Shown here piece by piece: positions 59,355-64,000 of a stretch of DNA of 64,000 nucleotides. Positions within the stretch are counted from its first letter, which is position 1. Each line of letters opens with the position of its first letter. The translations under genes and the position numbers were made by a program. The notes under the pieces are model-generated. The model was not told the DNA's origin. It was given only the letters and a program-made list of their open reading frames with translations, and ran no database searches. The stretch comes from a virus (Duplodnaviria > Heunggongvirae > Uroviricota > Caudoviricetes), in IMG/VR virus record IMGVR_UViG_3300011008_000007. The stretch is one strand, 5' to 3'.

Positions 59355-59516
59355 CAGAAAATTTGATGGAGGTTTATAATGGACAAGCTGATAACAATAA
59401 CTATTACTGACGGAGAAAATGAGTATTCTTTAGATTTTATTATGGAAAATGTAAAGGACTTTTCCGAAGTAATCAAACGTATTGAACAGGACTTGGATAT
59501 TTGACGGAGGTTTACA

Positions 59517-60005
59517 ATGGAAAATTTGAATAGATATGAAATGGCAATAAATACCTTGGAAAAAATCAAGAGTATTATGGAAAATACCATAAAAAAGTAC
59601 GGAGTGAATCCGGCGGACTTGTGCGAAAATGGCGGAATTTTCTATATGAACGCTAATGACGGCACTGTATTTGATTGGCTTATGAACGGCAACACCTGCG
59701 AGTTTTTCACCTTTTGGAAAAGCTGCGAGCTTGGATTTTGTAAACTGCAAGCCTGCCAAAACGGAAATATTATCGGTTATGTGTTCAAAGAGGGTGAGTA
59801 TAAAGCAACGGAAAATTTCAAAGAATACGTTGGAGAATCCGAGTGCCGTGCCCTTGCTGACCTTATGTACCTGGTTGCTGATTGTCGCAACGAGTACGAT
59901 GAGAATATAAAGAACATTAACTTTGACGACTTTCACACAAATAGCGCCGGCGACGATATGAGATGGGTTTTTGAACTTGACGAAGAAGAAGAGGAGGACT
60001 ACTAA
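59517..60005 (+). CDS. Hypothetical early protein
   Basis: RBS GGAGG. Confidence 0.65.
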   Translation: MENLNRYEMAINTLEKIKSIMENTIKKYGVNPADLCENGGIFYMNANDGTVFDWLMNGNTCEFFTFWKSCELGFCKLQACQNGNIIGYVFKEGEYKATENFKEYVGESECRALADLMYLVADCRNEYDENIKNINFDDFHTNSAGDDMRWVFELDEEEEEDY

Positions 60006-60253
60006 TGGAAAAAATCATAAGACTTGACATCATAGATAACGATTGGGACGAAGAGAATCCGCGCATTATGGACACATTTTATCTTGTGAATCCCGATATG
60101 GAAAAATTGGATAAACTTCAAAAGCTAATGAATAATCGTTTTGATTATGAAGAGGATAACGAAGAAAATATCGAATACTTTGAGGAAATCTACGACTATA
60201 TTGAGGAAAATTTCACAAGTATTGATATTGAGTTAAAAGAAATTGAGTGGTAA
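60005..60253 (+). CDS. Acidic hypothetical early protein
   Basis: Translationally coupled to the upstream gene. Confidence 0.6.
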   Translation: MEKIIRLDIIDNDWDEENPRIMDTFYLVNPDMEKLDKLQKLMNNRFDYEEDNEENIEYFEEIYDYIEENFTSIDIELKEIEW

Positions 60254-60282
60254 CACAACGGAAAAATTAAGGAGGCAACACA

Positions 60283-60696
60283 ATGTTAGATTATAATAAA
60301 ATGACAATAAATCAGCTCCAGGATTGCTACACGGAATTTATCGACAAAAGCGAATACCCATCCTTTTTATCTTGGGTTAAAGCTCTGACGGCTGAAGGTC
60401 GGCTGCGTAACATCTGCGAGCTTGTGGAAAATACAAAGAAATACAAATGGGCTTGCGCAACGGAACTACGCGGCATTTACGATGACCGTTACGATATGAC
60501 CATTATTGTAGAAGAAGAGTATATTCTCGATACAGACGGCTCTGTACGCAATACAACGGCTGTTGTGGGGTGGTATCACGGAGAACCTGACGACGAGCTA
60601 AACGAAAAGTATTACGGAAAAACCTTTGGAATAATCGACTTCCCTGCCGGCGAGTTTGATGATGAGCAACTAAAGCATATGGGATTATTAGAGTAA
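60283..60696 (+). CDS. Hypothetical early protein
   Basis: RBS AAGGAGG. Confidence 0.65.
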   Translation: MLDYNKMTINQLQDCYTEFIDKSEYPSFLSWVKALTAEGRLRNICELVENTKKYKWACATELRGIYDDRYDMTIIVEEEYILDTDGSVRNTTAVVGWYHGEPDDELNEKYYGKTFGIIDFPAGEFDDEQLKHMGLLE

Positions 60697-60725
60697 AGTT
60701 TTTTGAAAAACTTTTTATAAAATAC

Positions 60726-60754
60726 TTGACAAACGGAAATTTTTGTGGTATAAT
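60726..60754 (+). promoter_or_regulatory. Early sigma70 promoter 3
   Basis: TTGACA-17-TATAAT with extended -10 TG; upstream AAAAACTTTTATAAAATAC resembles the context of promoter 2. Confidence 0.9.
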
Positions 60755-60840
60755 ACAAGTACAATAAAGAAACCGAGCCGGACGGAATCCGGCACTCAAT
60801 AAAAGTTATAAACCTATCAATAAAATTCAAGGAGGATATT

Positions 60841-61440
60841 ATGGGCTGGACATTTCAACACGCAACATATTATAAGGGCGGAAAAGTTGACCGCAGAGCC
60901 GAGTGCGACGCACTATGGAACAACGATGCTTGCTTCCAGGTGGAAAAATCGGCAATGGTAGGCTCGACATACTATGCAGCGGTTAGACAGACAGGAAAGA
61001 GGGTTGACGGAAAAATTGAAGACATCCCGCGCGAGAATCAGAAGGTTTTCGGAACTGTATGCTTAACTTCCCTGAATAGCAAGGATTATTTCAACTTTGG
61101 CTACAAGGACATGGACGAAACCGCGAATCCTTATTGCTATGATTGTCCGGTTGGTATTCTCAACTTGCTAACAGAAACCGACTCCGAGTACGCGAAAGAT
61201 TGGCGGAAAACTTGCCGCGAAAAACGAGCAGAGAAGAACGCGGAAAAGAGGAATCCCGACAGCTTGGAAAATTTGCCGATTGGCTCCATTATCGAATGCA
61301 ACGGCAGACAGCTTGTAAAGCATTATCCGAGTTATCAATTTAAAAGACTGTTTTGGATGTACGTCGGAGAATTTAAGTATAGCAATATAAACTATATTAA
61401 ACGCAACGGCTACAAGGTTATTGAGAGAGCGGCAAATTGA
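60841..61440 (+). CDS. DUF6927-like protein
   Basis: MGW... N-terminus; KDMDET.NPYCYDCP..IL.LLT.T.SEYA..WR motif. Confidence 0.55.
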   Translation: MGWTFQHATYYKGGKVDRRAECDALWNNDACFQVEKSAMVGSTYYAAVRQTGKRVDGKIEDIPRENQKVFGTVCLTSLNSKDYFNFGYKDMDETANPYCYDCPVGILNLLTETDSEYAKDWRKTCREKRAEKNAEKRNPDSLENLPIGSIIECNGRQLVKHYPSYQFKRLFWMYVGEFKYSNINYIKRNGYKVIERAAN

Positions 61441-61450
61441 GGTGGAGAAT

Positions 61451-61663
61451 ATGAAAGACAATAAATATATTAAGGGCAAAAGAAAAGACGAGATTATACA
61501 GGCGCTTTTCAAAGGTATTTTAAAACTAAGCACAAATGACGAAGAGGCATATAACTTTTTAACAGATTGTTGCGACTTGACCGACAATGAGATTGATTAT
61601 CTATCTGGAAACTTTGACGATAGGTTATACGAATTTATCGACGAAGATGACGAGGACTACTGA
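61451..61663 (+). CDS. Small hypothetical early protein
   Basis: RBS GAGGTGG before MKDNKY. Confidence 0.55.
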   Translation: MKDNKYIKGKRKDEIIQALFKGILKLSTNDEEAYNFLTDCCDLTDNEIDYLSGNFDDRLYEFIDEDDEDY

Positions 61664-61673
61664 GGTGGAAAAT

Positions 61674-61925
61674 ATGAATCATTTTAATCATTATATAGTT
61701 ATTTGCGAATACTGTTGTGACGGAGAATCCGGAGTTGATGTTATTGCTGTTATGCACACACGCGCAAACGCTTTAGGTGTATATCAAATAGAATTGATAA
61801 AAGGAAAGCAGAATGCCGAGAACAGAAACTATGATTGCATAGAGGAAATGGAAACGAGCTTTGAGGCTTGGGAAGACGGAGAATATCTTTTTAATCATAT
61901 TCGATTATATATCCAGGGCGTTTAA
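61674..61925 (+). CDS. Small hypothetical early protein
   Basis: RBS GAGGTGG before MNHFNH. Confidence 0.55.
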   Translation: MNHFNHYIVICEYCCDGESGVDVIAVMHTRANALGVYQIELIKGKQNAENRNYDCIEEMETSFEAWEDGEYLFNHIRLYIQGV

Positions 61926-61928
61926 AAG

Positions 61929-62249
61929 ATGGAAGAAATGAATAACACGGAAAAAATAAAAAGAATCAAAAGGTTTATTGCAGACCTGCAAAAAGAAAAA
62001 ATGGTTGACAAATATCTTTATCCTTATACTTGGTTATCTGGTTCTTCTACAAACGTAAGACCTATAACGGTTTGGCACAGGTATATTGAGCTGCAATGGA
62101 ATAGCAGAAAAAGAATGTTTGACAAATTCATAGATAAAACTGTGCGAGATAATTCAGACCTATTATCCGATGGAAGTTTTTGCAAGGGCGACGGTTCTTG
62201 TCCGGCTACAATTATATTCTACTTTAACAAAGAGTATTGGGGTGATTAA
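61929..62249 (+). CDS. Hypothetical early protein
   Basis: ORF track. Confidence 0.55.
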   Translation: MEEMNNTEKIKRIKRFIADLQKEKMVDKYLYPYTWLSGSSTNVRPITVWHRYIELQWNSRKRMFDKFIDKTVRDNSDLLSDGSFCKGDGSCPATIIFYFNKEYWGD

Positions 62250-62251
62250 AC

Positions 62252-62473
62252 GTGAAAAAGAAAAAGGATGATAAATTCGTTAATCTGACGGAAAATTTGA
62301 AACAGGAGCTTATACGAGCCGGTAAGGCGATATGCGGAAAATCCTTTTTACTTACTTCCGGCAGAGTCGTCACTAAATACGATACCGAGTGGCAGCAGAT
62401 GACATTTTGCGACAAAGTACAAAGAACGGTAGCTGCATACGACAGCAATACAAATGAGATTAAATTACTTTAA
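62252..62473 (+). CDS. Small hypothetical early protein
   Basis: GTG start after GGGGTG. Confidence 0.5.
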   Translation: MKKKKDDKFVNLTENLKQELIRAGKAICGKSFLLTSGRVVTKYDTEWQQMTFCDKVQRTVAAYDSNTNEIKLL

Positions 62474-62660
62474 GGAGGATTAAAAAGTGCAACTACATAA
62501 GCTATAAGCGCTCCAAACTGCCGTATAAGACCGGAACTATTATGCTAACTTATCTTATGTATAATCCTAAAACGACTTACACGGACGACGTGGTGGAAAG
62601 ATACGATTACATACTTGAATAGCGAAATCTTTTATGATATAATTTTGAAAGAGGAAAACA

Positions 62661-62840
62661 ATGCAATTATTGATTATACTCGGAATTGTCGCGATTGCCG
62701 GCGGAATCACAGCTTACGAAAATCGCGCTCCGAGAAACACCAAACCGCACACGCACTCCGAAATGGATTCAATGCTGCGTGAGATGACCGGAAAATCTAA
62801 GAGAGAATGCAGAGCTATTCTACGCAAGTATAGGAGGTAA
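62661..62840 (+). CDS. Small protein with N-terminal hydrophobic helix (59 aa)
   Basis: Manual ORF MQLLIILGIVAIAGG... with RBS GAGG. Confidence 0.5.
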   Translation: MQLLIILGIVAIAGGITAYENRAPRNTKPHTHSEMDSMLREMTGKSKRECRAILRKYRR

Positions 62841-62844
62841 ACAA

Positions 62845-63102
62845 ATGAATATTGACAAATACTTTGCAGCTACAAATGGAACATATGACAGACAAAAGCT
62901 CATTGAATGTATGGCTGAGTACGGCAATTCCGAAATGCCGTTTACCGGAACAAACGAAGATGGCGAAACTGTAACTGTGCACGTTTCTAAAGACAACATT
63001 GTAGTTGAAACATACCAAAATAATGGTTGGGTACGAAAGAACTATTATAACGCCGAGGGTATTGCCGATGGTGAAACCTTTGAGGGCAGATGGGATAAAT
63101 AA
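62845..63102 (+). CDS. Hypothetical early protein
   Basis: RBS AGGAGG. Confidence 0.6.
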   Translation: MNIDKYFAATNGTYDRQKLIECMAEYGNSEMPFTGTNEDGETVTVHVSKDNIVVETYQNNGWVRKNYYNAEGIADGETFEGRWDK

Positions 63103-63107
63103 TCAAA

Positions 63108-63563
63108 ATGTTAGAAAAACTCAAAGTTGTTATGCTCATTGATTATTCTTCTCGCCCTTCTGGCAAATTCTATGGGTATAGATACTATATTCAATTTGAA
63201 CCGTTGCGCGAGCTTTTAACAAACAACAAACGTTTTTATGAGGCTCTTGAAGAAGGGCAGACATACGAGATTGATTATCAACCGATTACTCCAGCAAAAT
63301 GCATCGCACCAAATACAGCATCCATTATGATAGATATGAAGAATCCAAAAATAAAAAATAGATTGGGGGGATTAGCTATGAAACCTGATTGCAAATTAAT
63401 AGGAGAAGACGGCAACGTGTTCAACCTTATGGGTATTGCATCTAAAACATTAAAACGCAATGGTATGCAAGATAAAGCAAAAGAAATGAACGACCGTATT
63501 TTTGATTGCGAGAGCTACGATGAGGCGCTAAGCATTATTGGAGAATATGTCAATATAGTTTAA
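63108..63563 (+). CDS. Hypothetical protein with a C-terminal module (LIGEDGNVFNLMG...SYDEAL); possible internal start
   Basis: ORF track; internal G-rich RBS before ATG 63378. Confidence 0.55.
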   Translation: MLEKLKVVMLIDYSSRPSGKFYGYRYYIQFEPLRELLTNNKRFYEALEEGQTYEIDYQPITPAKCIAPNTASIMIDMKNPKIKNRLGGLAMKPDCKLIGEDGNVFNLMGIASKTLKRNGMQDKAKEMNDRIFDCESYDEALSIIGEYVNIV

Positions 63564-63604
63564 GGAAGAATCCGTAATAAATAAGAACCTTAGGAGGAAT
63601 AATA

Positions 63605-63832
63605 ATGCTTATTAAAAATCTTATTGAATTAAATATTTATGACGAGAATGAACAGATTATAATTCTCTCTGGAGACGTTGAAAATCCAATAATACACTAC
63701 AAAGGCAGATTATGTAACATTTCCGATGAATTTATAAATAAATCGGTTATTCAAATTGCGGCTATGGGAGAATCGCGTAGAGAAAAACTTATGCTCAACA
63801 AATATGGTTGGACAGAGTTTTGGCTGGATTGA
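63605..63832 (+). CDS. Small hypothetical early protein
   Basis: RBS AGGAGG. Confidence 0.55.
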   Translation: MLIKNLIELNIYDENEQIIILSGDVENPIIHYKGRLCNISDEFINKSVIQIAAMGESRREKLMLNKYGWTEFWLD

Positions 63833-63842
63833 GGTAAACAAT

Positions 63843-64000
63843 ATGAACGAGTTTTATAATTGGAAAAATCACGAACTCAACGATGCGGAAATTTTGGCAG
63901 CCTTAAAACAGGCTATAACAGACTATGAGGATGGCGCGATTGTCGAAGTGCAATCTGTATGTTCTTCAATTGCCGACGCCATACAGGAGTATTCAGACGA
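63843..64000 (+). CDS. Hypothetical protein (partial, runs off the window)
   Basis: RBS GAGG before MNEFYNWKN. Confidence 0.5.
   Translation, partial: MNEFYNWKNHELNDAEILAALKQAITDYEDGAIVEVQSVCSSIADAIQEYSD

Noticed and set aside
62474-62615. Possible small gene after a strong AGGAGG RBS
   Set aside because: The open frame lacks a properly spaced start codon (the GTG frame stops after 6 codons); could be a decayed gene but cannot be supported

Overview
A 64-kb segment of a large, low-GC, long-tailed phage of a Firmicute host, probably Clostridia (host and SPbeta-like affinity inferred from gene content). Positions 1-54.6 kb form one minus-strand arm. In transcription order it carries a YonO-type single-subunit RNA polymerase, tRNAs, ClpP/phosphoesterase/HU, terminase, portal, head, tail, tape measure, baseplate, holins, a receptor-binding protein with a complete diversity-generating retroelement (DGR), and an endolysin. 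A 1.7-kb non-coding control region with several repeat arrays follows, then a plus-strand early region of small genes under strong sigma70 promoters. Main results, all read from the sequence: (1) The tape-measure gene is split by a 909-nt group I intron with a full internal guide sequence. Instead of a homing endonuclease it carries an oppositely oriented zinc-ribbon gene with its own consensus promoter and terminator, boxed by a 15-bp inverted repeat. (2) The RNA polymerase gene is split by two more group I introns, one inside the catalytic DxDGD motif. (3) The DGR has 12 of 12 adenine-specific TR/VR differences and targets a 2020-aa protein. (4) The control region holds a 31-32-bp iteron-like array and six CTTTA-N6-TAAAG palindromes. 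(5) There is a chimeric tRNA, a strand-biased GGAAAA motif in the early region, and a candidate SAM lyase as the first early gene. Protein family calls come from motif recognition by eye; no database searches were run.
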